From positions 980-64,979 of the forward strand of contig JAEEKX010000045.1 in NCBI GenBank assembly GCA_016288655.1: a DNA stretch of 64,000 bases. The letters are read 5' to 3'. Below the pieces are notes generated by a model. That model had not been told where the DNA came from and ran no database searches. It saw only the letters and a list, made by a program, of their open reading frames with translations. The DNA comes from Bacteroidales bacterium. Lineage in GTDB: Bacteria > Bacteroidota > Bacteroidia > Bacteroidales > WCHB1-69. Positions 6,516-17,997 of the stretch are shown piece by piece; position 1 is the first letter of the stretch, and every line of letters begins with the position of its first letter. A program made the translations under genes and the position numbers.

Positions 6516-7400
6516 ATGAACTATCTTGAAAAAAAGTATGATGTCGCCATCTGGCGGGATGTGGGCTACGCGCAGAAGCCGGGCTACTACTGCTCGTATG
6601 CGCTGCCGAAGCCGAAGGTGAAGGCGGTGGCCGACAAACGACCGCGCCGACTGAAGGTCTCCCGCCTCAACTTGCGTCTCGACCTCTACGCCCCGCGCGA
6701 TGCGCAAGATGACTGCCGTCCCACCATCCTCTTCTTCCACGGCGGCGGCTTCTTCTTCGACGACAAGGAGAGCCACAGCATCGTGCGCCTCTGCCGGGCG
6801 TTCGCGGCGCGGGGGTACAACGCCGTGTCGGTCGATTACCGGCTGGGGTTCCAATACAACAAGAAGTCGATGCGGCGGGCGGAGGAGCGTGCCATCGCCG
6901 ATGGACTTTCTGCCCTGCGCTTCCTGTGCGACCACCGCGACGAGTACGGCATCGATCCACGGCGCATCATCTTGGCCGGATCGAGCGCCGGCGCAATGGT
7001 CGCATTGCAGATGCCCTACCGTCCGTTGCCGGCAGGGGTGGAGGTGTGCGCCGTTGTCAATCTCTGGGGCGCCATCCCCGACCTCGCCCTCCTGCGACAG
7101 CGCCCTGACCTAGCCATTATCTCCTTCCATGGCGGCAAGGACTACGTCGTTCCTCCCGGCTACGGCAGCAACTACCACCGCTACTTCGGCCCGCTGTCGC
7201 TGCTGCTCTGCCGTAAAAAGTACGGTTCTGTCCGCATCCACCAGGAAGCCAAGCGGTTGAAAATGCACGAGCGGCTCTTTTTCTTCCCCAAACTCGGTCA
7301 CAAATTGTATTGGGACAGGAAGCGGCAGGCCGAGAACGCCTACTTCGACCTCATCGATGCCCGCATGACGGAGTTTCTCGCGGATGTGGTCCGTCGATAA
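6516..7400 (+). CDS. Alpha/beta hydrolase (HSL-type esterase/lipase family)
   Basis: The oxyanion motif 'FFHGGGF' and the nucleophile elbow 'GSSAG' are both present. Confidence 0.75.
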   Translation: MNYLEKKYDVAIWRDVGYAQKPGYYCSYALPKPKVKAVADKRPRRLKVSRLNLRLDLYAPRDAQDDCRPTILFFHGGGFFFDDKESHSIVRLCRAFAARGYNAVSVDYRLGFQYNKKSMRRAEERAIADGLSALRFLCDHRDEYGIDPRRIILAGSSAGAMVALQMPYRPLPAGVEVCAVVNLWGAIPDLALLRQRPDLAIISFHGGKDYVVPPGYGSNYHRYFGPLSLLLCRKKYGSVRIHQEAKRLKMHERLFFFPKLGHKLYWDRKRQAENAYFDLIDARMTEFLADVVRR

Positions 7401-7436
7401 TGACGAAAATCATCATTTTTATCAATTTTCGTCATT
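7399..7436. repeat. Perfect 12-bp inverted repeat (AATGACGAAAAT / ATTTTCGTCATT) with a 14-nt spacer
   Basis: The arms are at 7399-7410 and 7425-7436. The repeat starts inside the esterase stop codon, and no U-tract follows it. Confidence 0.85.
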
Positions 7437-7685
7437 ATCTCCCGTTTCATGGCGGTGGATTGTCATGGGAACCGACGCCCGTGGGTGGAATCGCCTCCCG
7501 CCGAACATGCATAATTCCCCGTCAACTCACCAAATTTTTTAGCGAAAATCATTTCATCTTTCCATAATAATTATGTATAATTGCAATGCGATTTTGTATT
7601 TTATAATACATTGATTGTCAAATAATTATGAATTTCTATAGGTAAAATTCTCCTATGGAATTTGAACAGGATAAAGAAGATAGAA

Positions 7686-8555
7686 ATGAACGTTGAAGAG
7701 TACATCGTTGCGCGCGTGAATGCGCTGACGCACCGCACCGACGCCGCCATCGTGAAACGGTTGGAAGGTGGCATGAGTAATTACACTTACGTGGTTTCCA
7801 CCGACGGCAAGAAATACACTTACCGTGTCCCCGGAAAGTTTGCTGAGAAGTTTGTCGATCGTGTTGATGAGTGGGATAACATACAGAAAATCAATTCTTT
7901 GAAAATCAACAGTGAAACACTGTATCTGGAGATTCCTTCCGGCGAAAAGTTAGCCGCCTACGTCGAGGGCACGATCATGTCGGAAACCGATATCGTCTCC
8001 TACAATGCGATGTCTGCTGCCGCGCTGCGGCAGTTGCACGAGAGCAAGGTGCAGATGAAACCCTACGACGCCTTCGGACGGCTGGCGCAGTATGAGGGCT
8101 ACTGCTGCGACAACGGCTACGAGCATCCCGCGGAGTACCTCGCCCTGCGCGCGAAGTTGGACGAGATGCGCGCCCAGTATGCCCAAGTGTCTCAGGTGCC
8201 CTGCCACTGCGACTATCAGCCCACCAACTTGGTCATCGCGGGCAGCAAGCTGTACATCCTGGATTGGGAGTACGCCGGCATGAACGACCCCATCTACGAC
8301 ATCGCCTGCTACGGCAACGCCGGATTTGACAAGGCGCTGGCGCTGCTGCCGGTCTATCTCGGCCACGAACCGACGCGCGACGAACTGCGCCGCCTCTACT
8401 TCCACCGCGCCTTCCAGTGCATCCAGTGGTACAACGTCGCCATCTTCAAAGACCGCATCGGGCTCAGCAAGGATCTGAACATGGATTTCAACCAGGTGGC
8501 TTTGATGTTCCAAGGGATGGCCACCGACCTCGTCAACAGTTACGATTCAATCTGA
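7686..8555 (+). CDS. Choline/ethanolamine kinase-like phosphotransferase (APH/ChoK fold, LicA-like)
   Basis: 'LEGGMSNYTY', the Brenner-type motif 'HCDYQPTNLV' and 'ILDWEYAGMNDPIYDIA' are present. The first ATG is at 7686; the track start at 7662 is a TTG. Confidence 0.7.
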   Translation: MNVEEYIVARVNALTHRTDAAIVKRLEGGMSNYTYVVSTDGKKYTYRVPGKFAEKFVDRVDEWDNIQKINSLKINSETLYLEIPSGEKLAAYVEGTIMSETDIVSYNAMSAAALRQLHESKVQMKPYDAFGRLAQYEGYCCDNGYEHPAEYLALRAKLDEMRAQYAQVSQVPCHCDYQPTNLVIAGSKLYILDWEYAGMNDPIYDIACYGNAGFDKALALLPVYLGHEPTRDELRRLYFHRAFQCIQWYNVAIFKDRIGLSKDLNMDFNQVALMFQGMATDLVNSYDSI

Positions 8556-9190
8556 AAAAAAGAGTTGAATCTCTTTTCATGCTCAATGGTCGTGTTATCC
8601 CCATGACCTACGTATAGCATTGTGTTTTCCGGCAGCGGCAGGATCTTGTACCGGATGCTGTCGATGAGCGCCTGCGTGTTGCCGGTCGGCAGGTCGGAGC
8701 GCCCCACGCTGTTGCGGAACACCAAGTCGCCGACGAAGAGCGAGCCGCTGGCCCGATGGTACAGGCAGACGCTGCCGGCGCAGTGCCCGGGCGTCTCGAT
8801 GACCTCAAGCACCTCGTGCCCGAAACAGATTCGGTCGCCCTCCTTGATGAACTGGTCGGGCTGTGGGAAGTCCTTCTTGTCGCAGTCCATCCCGAACGCC
8901 ACGCCGTAGGCCACCGAGTGGTCGTAAACCTTCATCCCGTCGGCGTTCATCAGCAGTGGCGCACCGAACGTCTCCTTGCAGTAGCCGAAACCCACCACAT
9001 GGTCGATGTGCGGGTGCGTGCCGATGACGTACTTCACCGTCAGCCCCTTGTCTGCCACAAACTGGCGCAATCGGTCGCGTTCCATCAACGTGCCCACGCC
9101 CGGATCGATGATGACCGCCTCGTTCGTGTCGTCATATAATATATAGGTCTTGACTTCCAGCGGATTGTTGTAGATGGTTTTTATCTGCAT
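8540..9190 (-). CDS. MBL-fold metallo-hydrolase (glyoxalase II-like)
   Basis: It carries the 'GTHPHIDH' metal motif and 'TPGHCAGS'. 216 aa. Confidence 0.8.
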   Translation of the reverse strand: MQIKTIYNNPLEVKTYILYDDTNEAVIIDPGVGTLMERDRLRQFVADKGLTVKYVIGTHPHIDHVVGFGYCKETFGAPLLMNADGMKVYDHSVAYGVAFGMDCDKKDFPQPDQFIKEGDRICFGHEVLEVIETPGHCAGSVCLYHRASGSLFVGDLVFRNSVGRSDLPTGNTQALIDSIRYKILPLPENTMLYVGHGDNTTIEHEKRFNSFFQIES

Positions 9191-9222
9191 GTATTTGATT
9201 TATATACAGTTATAATAATCTT

Positions 9223-10704
9223 CTATTGGTAGATGAGTTTGTTGAGATAGAAGACATACCGTTTGGCCTTGGTGGCGCGGTCGCGGTTGCGCAGGTACTG
9301 GTAGCCGCTCGCCACGAAGTTGTCACCATACCAACGTTGGATCTGCGTCCGCTTGTTGTACTCCACCACCTCGCGGGGGTTGCTGGTCTCGATGGAGATG
9401 TTGGCGGGCTTCTCCACGGTCTGCCCCTGGTTGAGCAGACTGCTGTAGATGCGGTTGTCGCGGGAATAGCAAAGGAGTGCATCGGAGCCGATGTAGGCCA
9501 GCCGCAGTACGGGCGCCAATGTCATGATGCTGATGTCGTCAAGTAGGAAATAGTTGTCCCACAATAGGTTGCCATGACGGTCGAAGGTGGTGACGTAGGC
9601 GTTGACGAAACGGTAGCCGGTGAATACGGCGGTGGGGGAGGAGGTGCCGTAGCGTAGGTCGTCGTAGTAGCCCTGATAGGAGTAGGAGTAAGAATACTCG
9701 GGGTAATAGACCTCACTGGAGATGGTGAACTGCTCGCCATCGGTGGCAGAGAGCCCTAATTGGAGTTGCAGGTTGATGTTGCTGCTCTTGCCGCTGCCGT
9801 TCTTGAGCGCGGTGAAGCTGTAGAGCATCAACGTGTCCATGTCCTGGTGCGACAACACCAACGCAAAGACGCCGGAGTGCAGGTTGTTGACCTGCTTGTC
9901 GCTGGCGATGTTGTAGGTGCCCGCCAGCAGCACGGTGTCGGCGTTGACGACGAAGGCACGGGCGGTGTGAAGCAGCAGTCCGGTGCCGTCGGTGAGTGCC
10001 CGCGGCAGTGCGATGACGGTGCCCTCGCCGCTCTGCCAATCCTGCTCGTATAAGAACAGGTGGCCGGGCGTGCCGTCGATGGACGGGTTCAGTCCCAGCA
10101 ACCAGCGGTGGTTGGCGGTGTCGGGCAGGCAGAACTGCACCTTGTAGTCGCCGATGTCATTCAGCAAGGTCAGATGGTTCTTTTGTTTGTCGAAAAAGTA
10201 GATCTCGTCCTTTTTGCTGTTGGAAGCGAAGAGCACCCACTGTTCGCCGGCGGTGCAGATGCCGCTCAACTCGCGGCTCTCCAAACTGCTCAGGTCCAGC
10301 ACGGTATGTCGGTTTTCCCGCAGATCGACAGAGACGACGAAGGTGCGCGGGGCATCCTTTTTCGGCAGGGTCTTGGCCATCAGCAAGTGGATGACGCCGT
10401 TGTCGGTGTGCGAAGCGACATAGTCCGTTTGCGACGGCAGGGAAATCTCGAAGTGGCTCTTTTTCACCAGGTTGGTGTCATAATGGATGAAGACCCAGCG
10501 GGTGGTGTCCGCGCTGATGAGTCCGGCGTCGTATAAGACGAGTGCGCCGTTGGTGTCGGCGAGGGCGAAGTGGTAGTCGTCCTGGTCCTTGGCGGCGGTG
10601 AGTTCCACGCGCAGTGGGGCGTCGTGTTGGGCAGCCACCTCCAACGGGCACTGCCACAGCAGTGTCAGCAGCAACAGCGCGAGTCGGGGAAGGAGGTGCT
10701 TCAT
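9223..10704 (-). CDS. Secreted protein of unknown function
   Basis: 493 aa with the signal peptide 'MKHLLPRLALLLLTLLWQCPLEVAAQ'. I recognise no motif. The composition is beta-rich with a Y/S-rich patch 'YYPEYSYSYSYQGYYDD'. Confidence 0.6.
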   Translation of the reverse strand: MKHLLPRLALLLLTLLWQCPLEVAAQHDAPLRVELTAAKDQDDYHFALADTNGALVLYDAGLISADTTRWVFIHYDTNLVKKSHFEISLPSQTDYVASHTDNGVIHLLMAKTLPKKDAPRTFVVSVDLRENRHTVLDLSSLESRELSGICTAGEQWVLFASNSKKDEIYFFDKQKNHLTLLNDIGDYKVQFCLPDTANHRWLLGLNPSIDGTPGHLFLYEQDWQSGEGTVIALPRALTDGTGLLLHTARAFVVNADTVLLAGTYNIASDKQVNNLHSGVFALVLSHQDMDTLMLYSFTALKNGSGKSSNINLQLQLGLSATDGEQFTISSEVYYPEYSYSYSYQGYYDDLRYGTSSPTAVFTGYRFVNAYVTTFDRHGNLLWDNYFLLDDISIMTLAPVLRLAYIGSDALLCYSRDNRIYSSLLNQGQTVEKPANISIETSNPREVVEYNKRTQIQRWYGDNFVASGYQYLRNRDRATKAKRYVFYLNKLIYQ

Positions 10705-10719
10705 GGTCGGAGGAAAGGT

Positions 10720-11944
10720 TTACAGCAGGTGTGGGCAGTGTAGCACGCATTGGTCGCAAATGGTCAGTTCGCCGTTGAGGCGCTTGCGGATCATCTCCAT
10801 GTAGCGCTCCTTCAGCGAGTCGATCTTGATGTAGTTGGCGATCTCGTTGGCGAAGGCGAACATGAGCAACATGCGGGCGTTGCGCTCGCAGATGCCGCGG
10901 GTGCGGAGGTAGAACATGGCCTCGTCGTCAAGTTGTCCGACGGTGCTGCCGTGGTTGCACTTGACGTCGTCGGCATAGATTTCGAGGAATGGCCGCGAGG
11001 TGACGTGCGCGTTGTCGGTCAGCGTGATGTTGCGGTTGGTCTGCGCCGCCACCGTGCGTTGCGCGTCGGGGCGCACCACCACGTGTCCTAAGAAGTTGGC
11101 CTGCGCCTCGTCATCCACAATGCCCTTGTAGAGCAGGTGGCTATCGCAGTCGGGCACCTGATGGTCGATGAAGATCTCGTGGTCCACATGCTGTTTGCGA
11201 TCGACCAAGTAGAGTCCGTAGAAGGTGGCGGAGGCGAACGGCTCGGTGTGATATACGTTGATGCGGTTGCGCAGGTAGCCCGCGTTGAAGGTCATGGTGT
11301 GCGAGAAGAACTGCGAATGCCCCTTCTGCTCCACATCGACCTGGTTGAACAGCAGCGACTCGGCGTTCTTGTTTTCCATCTTGTAATAGGAGAGACGGGC
11401 GTCTTCGGCCAAGCGCACCAAGGTGACGTTGTTGATGAAACTCTTCTTGAACTGGATGGAGTCGTCGCACTGTACGAACGACAGTTCGGCGTTCTTGCCG
11501 AGGACGATGAGGTTGCGGTTGTTGATCATCAACTCCTCTTCCGCGTCGGTGAGGGAAATGAGCTGGATGGGCTTGGCGGCGGTGACGTTGTCGGGCAGGT
11601 AGATGAAAAGCCCGTCGTTGAAGCGCTCGCGGTTGAGGGCGGCGAACTCGTCGTCGCGGTCGCGTGCCGGCTCGTTGAGGTAGGGGAGCACCTTCTCGGG
11701 GAACCGTTTCCGCGCCTCCGCCAGCGAGCCGACGATGATGCCCTCCGGCGTCGTCGTCAGCGGCTGACCGTCGTGCACGTACCAGCCGTTCAGGAAGATG
11801 CACATCTGCGTGTCGATGTCCTTGACCTTGCAGTGGAAGTACTCCTCCACCGGACGGTACGGCGCCGGCTCCGTCTGGACATGCCAGCGGCCGAGGTCGG
11901 ACAGGCACTCGTCGTGGATTGCAGTGGTGGTTGTCGATGTCATC

Positions 11945-11955
<11 letters not shown>
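10720..11955 (-). CDS. sufD: Fe-S cluster assembly protein SufD
   Basis: It has 'RPFLEIYADDVKCNHGSTVGQLDDEAMFYLRTRGI'. The start is either 11955 (overlapping sufC) or the ATG at 11943. Confidence 0.8.
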
Positions 11956-12709
<754 letters not shown>

Positions 12710-12724
12710 GATGGTTGTTGACGA

Positions 12725-13609
12725 TTATGCGTTGTTGTTGTCGTTGGTTGCGGCGGATGTGGATAGTCGTTCGGTGATCTTCCGTATGACGGCGTCGGTC
12801 TGCTCGCGCAGTTGGGGCCGCCAGGGACTTTCGATGACCTTGCGTCTCAGTTTGACGGGTTTCTTGTGGGCGAAACAGCGGCCGGTGACCGTGAGGTCGG
12901 GGTCGAGGGCAAGATAGATCAGTGTGGATGCGCCCTTCGCCGGCTTGTAGATGATGGGCCGGAAGAAGATGTCGCACAACTTGTCGATGACCGTGATGCC
13001 CTGACGGATGATGTTGGTGCTCACGATGCCCGGGTCGGCGCAGTTGACCGCGATGCCGCGCTCCTTCAACTCTTCCGCGAGGTCGAGGGTGAAGTATAGC
13101 AGGGCGAGTTTCGAGTCGGAGTAGGTGGAGAAGCGGTTGAAATGCTTCTGGTCGATGGGGGAGAAGATGTCGTGGTCGAGGTGCCCGAAGCGGAAGGTGA
13201 GCGACACCATGCTCACGATGCGCGAGCCGGCCGGCATGATCGGCAGCAGTTGGCGGGTGAGCACGTAGTGGCCGAGGTAGTTCACCCCGACGGTGCGCTC
13301 GACGCCGTCGTCGGTGGTGTCGGCGTGATGCAGCAGCGTGCCGGCGTTGTTCATCAGCAGATCAACGTGGTCGTACACTTCGCGGAAGGCCTCCACGAAG
13401 GCGTGGATGCTGGCGAACGACGCGAGGTCGAGTCTGATGACACGGATGGTGGCGTTGTGGGTCTTGGCGATCAGTTCCTTGCAGACGGGCCAGGCCTTCT
13501 GCGGGTTGCGGCACGCCATCACCACCTCGTAGCCGGCTCGGGCCACGGACAACACCTCCTCCTGCCCCATGCAGCCGTCGGCGCCCGTGATGATTGCGAC
13601 TTTCGCCAT
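12725..13609 (-). CDS. Short-chain dehydrogenase/reductase (SDR) family oxidoreductase
   Basis: It starts 'MAKVAIITGADGCMGQ' (a TGxxxGxG-type motif) and contains 'NNAG'. The track ORF's 135-aa Arg/Gly-rich extension overlaps the upstream gene and is rejected. Confidence 0.8.
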   Translation of the reverse strand: MAKVAIITGADGCMGQEEVLSVARAGYEVVMACRNPQKAWPVCKELIAKTHNATIRVIRLDLASFASIHAFVEAFREVYDHVDLLMNNAGTLLHHADTTDDGVERTVGVNYLGHYVLTRQLLPIMPAGSRIVSMVSLTFRFGHLDHDIFSPIDQKHFNRFSTYSDSKLALLYFTLDLAEELKERGIAVNCADPGIVSTNIIRQGITVIDKLCDIFFRPIIYKPAKGASTLIYLALDPDLTVTGRCFAHKKPVKLRRKVIESPWRPQLREQTDAVIRKITERLSTSAATNDNNNA

Positions 13610-13614
13610 GGGGG

Positions 13615-14448
13615 TTAGTTGCGCGGTTTGAGCCCTAAGATCACTCTCGCTTCGTCGGAGGTGGCCACTTCGCGGCCCAACTCCTTGGCTAAGCGCACCA
13701 CCTTGGCCACCAGTTCTCCGTTCGACTTGGCGGGCACGCCCTTGGCGAGGTTGAGGTTGTCTTCGAAGCCCACGCGCACGTTGCCGCCCATGGCGATTGC
13801 GGCGGCGGCCATCGGGAAGGCGTGGCGGCCGATGCCGGTCACCGTCCAGGTGCTGCCCGCCGGGATGGCGTTCACCAACCAGCAGAGGTTGGCAACCGTC
13901 GCGGGAGTGCAGCCCGGCACGCCCAGCACGAAGTTGAACTGCATCGGGGCGCCCGGCACCTGACCCTTGCGGGCCATGTTCAGGATCGTGTCGAGATGAC
14001 CCATCTCGAAGCACTCATACTCGGGCTTGATGCCGCGCTCGATCATGCGTTTGCCGAAAGCACGCATCGTCGGCATCGTGTTGTCGAAGATCTCGTCGCC
14101 GAAGTTGCAGGTGCCGCAGTCCAACGTCGCCATCTCCGGAATCGGGGTGGTGTCGGTCGATTGCAGGCGTTCTTCGGGCGTCATGCCCACGGCGCCACCG
14201 GTCGAGGGAATGAGGATGACGTTCGGACAGGCCTTGTAGATGGCCTCTTCGCACTCCTGGAAGCGCTCGCGGCTCTGCGTCGGGGTGCCGTCGTCGAAAC
14301 GCACGTGCAGATGCACGATGGCGGCACCGGCGTCCACGGCCGATTTCGCCTCGCGTACGATCTCCTCAACGGTGTAAGGAACGGCAGGATTCTGTTCTTT
14401 CGTTACTTCGGCTCCGCATATTGCGGCGGTGATAATCAGTTTTTCCAT
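13615..14448 (-). CDS. BKACE family (DUF849) beta-keto acid cleavage enzyme, 3-keto-5-aminohexanoate cleavage enzyme-like
   Basis: 'LIITAAICGAEVTKEQNPAVPYTVEEI...AGAAIVHLHVR' and 'VRVGFEDN' are as in the Kce/BKACE family. 277 aa. Confidence 0.75.
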   Translation of the reverse strand: MEKLIITAAICGAEVTKEQNPAVPYTVEEIVREAKSAVDAGAAIVHLHVRFDDGTPTQSRERFQECEEAIYKACPNVILIPSTGGAVGMTPEERLQSTDTTPIPEMATLDCGTCNFGDEIFDNTMPTMRAFGKRMIERGIKPEYECFEMGHLDTILNMARKGQVPGAPMQFNFVLGVPGCTPATVANLCWLVNAIPAGSTWTVTGIGRHAFPMAAAAIAMGGNVRVGFEDNLNLAKGVPAKSNGELVAKVVRLAKELGREVATSDEARVILGLKPRN

Positions 14449-14507
14449 TATTATAATATTGATTTTTAATAAATTATATTGTCAATCTATAAAGATCTTA
14501 AAGGTTG

Positions 14508-14515
14508 CAAATGTA
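14508..14515 (-). promoter_or_regulatory. Bacteroidota sigma-A -7 box (TAnnTTTG) on the minus strand
   Basis: TACATTTG (read on the minus strand) lies 60 nt upstream of the BKACE start at 14448. Confidence 0.45.
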
Positions 14516-14618
14516 CGAATTTTTTTTCAAATCCATGTCGTTTTGCCGACAACGGATTTATCCCCGTTTTTTTCAAAAAAATCCCTTTTTCCACCCCTTT
14601 ATTTAAAACGAAAAGTTG

Positions 14619-14626
14619 TACCTTTG
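14619..14626 (+). promoter_or_regulatory. Bacteroidota sigma-A -7 box (TAnnTTTG)
   Basis: TACCTTTG lies 80 nt upstream of the rpoD ATG. Confidence 0.5.
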
Positions 14627-14705
14627 CAAACTTTTTTGGGCAGGGTTTTCCTCTTTGTAACAAAATGGGAAATGCCGCCGTAAAAGCCAGCAAAAAGGAT
14701 TGAAT

Positions 14706-15572
14706 ATGAGACAACTCAACATCACCAAGCAGGTTACCAACCGCGAGACCGCGTCACTTGACAAATACCTCCACGACATCGGAAAAGTGGAGTTGATCAC
14801 CGCAGAGGAAGAGGTCGAATTGGCGCGCAAGATCAAGGAAGGCGACCATGCCGCCCTTGAGAAACTGACCAAGGCCAACCTCCGTTTTGTCGTCTCCGTG
14901 GCAAAACAGTATCAGAACCAGGGGTTGAGTCTCCCCGACCTCATCAATGAGGGCAACCTCGGACTTATCAAGGCCGCCCAGCGCTTCGACGAGACCCGCG
15001 GCTTCAAGTTCATCTCCTACGCCGTGTGGTGGATCCGCCAGTCCATCCTCCAGGCCCTCGCCGAGCAGTCCCGTATCGTCCGCCTGCCGCTCAACAAGAT
15101 CGGCACCATCAACAAGATCAACAAGGCATACGCCTATCTGGAACAGGAATACGAGCGCGAGCCCCGCGCCGACGAAATCGCCGCCCTGCTCGACATCACC
15201 GAGGCGGAGGTGAAGGACTCCATGCGCAACTCCTCCCGCCACCTCTCCATGGACGCCTCCCTGACCCAGGACAAGGACAACAACATGTACGACGTCCTCA
15301 AGTCGGAAGACTCCCTGCCGCCCGACAAGGAACTGCTGCACGAGTCGTTGAAGCAGGAGATCAACCGCACCATCGCCACCCTCCCGCAGCGCGAGGCCGA
15401 CATCATCAAACTCTATTTCGGTTTGGACGGACAGAAGCACCCGTGGACGCTCGAGGAGATCGGCGAGAAGTTCGATCTGACCCGCGAACGCGTGCGCCAG
15501 ATCAAGGAAAAGGCCATCCGTCGCCTCAAAAACCAGGCGAAGTGCAAGAACCTGAAATCCTACCTCGGTTAA
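14706..15572 (+). CDS. rpoD: Primary RNA polymerase sigma factor (Bacteroidota SigA/RpoD type)
   Basis: It has the short ~288-aa Bacteroidota form with '[12 protein letters not shown]', '[13 protein letters not shown]' and '[23 protein letters not shown]'. Confidence 0.9.
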   Translation: MRQLNITKQVTNRETASLDKYLHDIGKVELITAEEEVELARKIKEGDHAALEKLTKANLRFVVSVAKQYQNQGLSLPDLINEGNLGLIKAAQRFDETRGFKFISYAVWWIRQSILQALAEQSRIVRLPLNKIGTINKINKAYAYLEQEYEREPRADEIAALLDITEAEVKDSMRNSSRHLSMDASLTQDKDNNMYDVLKSEDSLPPDKELLHESLKQEINRTIATLPQREADIIKLYFGLDGQKHPWTLEEIGEKFDLTRERVRQIKEKAIRRLKNQAKCKNLKSYLG

Positions 15573-15587
15573 TTTCGCGATTTTCCG

Positions 15588-15595
15588 TATTTTTG
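15588..15595 (+). promoter_or_regulatory. Bacteroidota sigma-A -7 box (TAnnTTTG)
   Basis: TATTTTTG lies 26 nt upstream of the prfA ATG. Confidence 0.5.
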
Positions 15596-15620
15596 CAGCC
15601 GCAAAATTGAAACCGCGAAA

Positions 15621-16697
<1,077 letters not shown>

Positions 16698-16752
16698 AAA
16701 AATGAGTTCAAAAAAAATAGTTGACACTTGTGCGTGGTATTAAAAAAAGTTG

Positions 16753-16760
16753 TACTTTTG
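16753..16760 (+). promoter_or_regulatory. Bacteroidota sigma-A -7 box (TAnnTTTG)
   Basis: TACTTTTG lies 41 nt upstream of the rplS ATG. Confidence 0.5.
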
Positions 16761-16800
16761 CACCCGCAAAAATCGTAGTGAAAAAGTAAACGTTATAGAG

Positions 16801-17154
16801 ATGAAACAGCAATTAGTTCAGTATGTTGAGGATAATTTCGTAGAGAAGAAAGAGTATCCGAATTTCAAGGCCGGTGACACCATCACCGTCGGTTATAAGA
16901 TCATTGAAGGTTCCAAAGAGCGTATCCAGCACTTCCAGGGCGTGGTCCTGCAGATCGCTGGTACCGGCGCCACCAAGAACTTCACCATCCGCAAAATCTC
17001 CGGCGGCATCGGCGTTGAGAGAATCTTCCCCTTCACTTCCCCCCGTATCACCGACATCGTCGTCAACAAACGCGGTGTGGTCCGCCGTTCCAGAATCTTC
17101 TACCTCCGCGGACTCACCGGCAAGAAGGCCCGTATCAAAGAGAAAAGAGGCTAA
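16801..17154 (+). CDS. rplS: 50S ribosomal protein L19
   Basis: It has 'FKAGDTITVGYKIIEGSKERIQHFQGVV...IRKISGGIGVERIFP'. The first ATG is at 16801. Confidence 0.9.
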   Translation: MKQQLVQYVEDNFVEKKEYPNFKAGDTITVGYKIIEGSKERIQHFQGVVLQIAGTGATKNFTIRKISGGIGVERIFPFTSPRITDIVVNKRGVVRRSRIFYLRGLTGKKARIKEKRG

Positions 17155-17182
17155 GATTTCCCTTCGCCTTATGGATAACCAC

Positions 17183-17210
17183 AAAAAAGCGCTTGAAAAA
17201 GCGTTTTTTT
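17183..17210 (+). terminator. Rho-independent terminator after rplS
   Basis: AAAAAGCGC-loop-GCGTTTTTTT forms a hairpin with a trailing T-run. Confidence 0.6.
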
Positions 17211-17229
17211 GTTTCTATTCCCGACAAAA

Positions 17230-17997
17230 ATGGCATTACTCCACTCCTTCGAGAAATCCGGCAACTGGCTCTTCCGCCACCGTGGCATCGTGCCGGTCGT
17301 TGTCTTCGCCGCCTGTTCACCCCTGTTGCTTTGGACGGCCCCGCTCCTCCATTATCTGTTCTGTCCCACCTGGCTTTTCGCCATCGTCACCATCGTGGCC
17401 ATCCTCACCTCCCTTGCCGGCATGGCCGTGCGCGCCTACACCATCGGCACCACGCCCCACGGCACCTCCGGCCGCAACACCGACAAGCAGGTGGCCATGC
17501 AACTCAACACCAAGGGCATCTACTCTGTCGTGCGGCACCCGCTCTACCTGGGCAACTACCTGATGTGGCTCGGTCTGCTCATCTTCATCTTCGACCTGCC
17601 CTTCTTGGTGGTGGTTTCGTTGGTGTATTGGCTTTATTATGAGCGTATCATGTTTGCGGAAGAACGCTATTTGGAAAAACAGTTCGGCCAGGCGTACCTC
17701 GACTGGTCGCTCACCGTGCCGGCCTTCCTGCCGCGTTTCAGAAGTTTCCAAAAAGGCGACGTGCCCTTCCATTTCAGGTCGGTGCTGCGCCGCGAGTACC
17801 CAGGGCTGATGGCGATCACCCTCTGCTTCACTGGAGTGGATTACCTGCGCACTTTCCTGCTTAATGCACCGAACACTTTTGGCGATTGGGTGCGCCCCTC
17901 TGGCATCGTCTGCCTGATAGTGGCCGTCGTCGTGCTCGTGCTGCGCCACCTCAAGCATCACAGTCCGCTGCTCGCCGCCGAGGAGAACAGGGATTGA
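17230..17997 (+). CDS. Isoprenylcysteine carboxyl methyltransferase (ICMT)/phospholipid methyltransferase-family membrane protein
   Basis: It is a multi-pass membrane protein with 'GIYSVVRHPLYLGNYLMWLG' and 'EERYLEKQFG'. Confidence 0.7.
   Translation: MALLHSFEKSGNWLFRHRGIVPVVVFAACSPLLLWTAPLLHYLFCPTWLFAIVTIVAILTSLAGMAVRAYTIGTTPHGTSGRNTDKQVAMQLNTKGIYSVVRHPLYLGNYLMWLGLLIFIFDLPFLVVVSLVYWLYYERIMFAEERYLEKQFGQAYLDWSLTVPAFLPRFRSFQKGDVPFHFRSVLRREYPGLMAITLCFTGVDYLRTFLLNAPNTFGDWVRPSGIVCLIVAVVVLVLRHLKHHSPLLAAEENRD

Noticed and set aside
5442-6935. Long antisense ORFs. Examples are 5442-6935 (497 aa), 15642-16727 (361 aa), 23842-25152 (436 aa), 31046-33421 (791 aa), 43712-45319 (535 aa) and 57123-58391 (422 aa).
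   Set aside because: Each lies entirely opposite a gene with strong conserved motifs. Each encodes Arg/Gly/His/Val/Asp-rich low-information sequence with no recognisable domain. Long open antisense frames are an expected by-product of high GC content.
13610-14014. 135-aa N-terminal extension of the SDR ORF in the track (12725-14014).
   Set aside because: The extension is Arg/Gly/Pro-rich nonsense that overlaps the 3' half of the BKACE gene. The canonical SDR N-terminus 'MAKVAIITGADG' starts at 13609. Similar track extensions were trimmed for the genes at 20148, 41412, 38474, 34373, 4131 and 3913.
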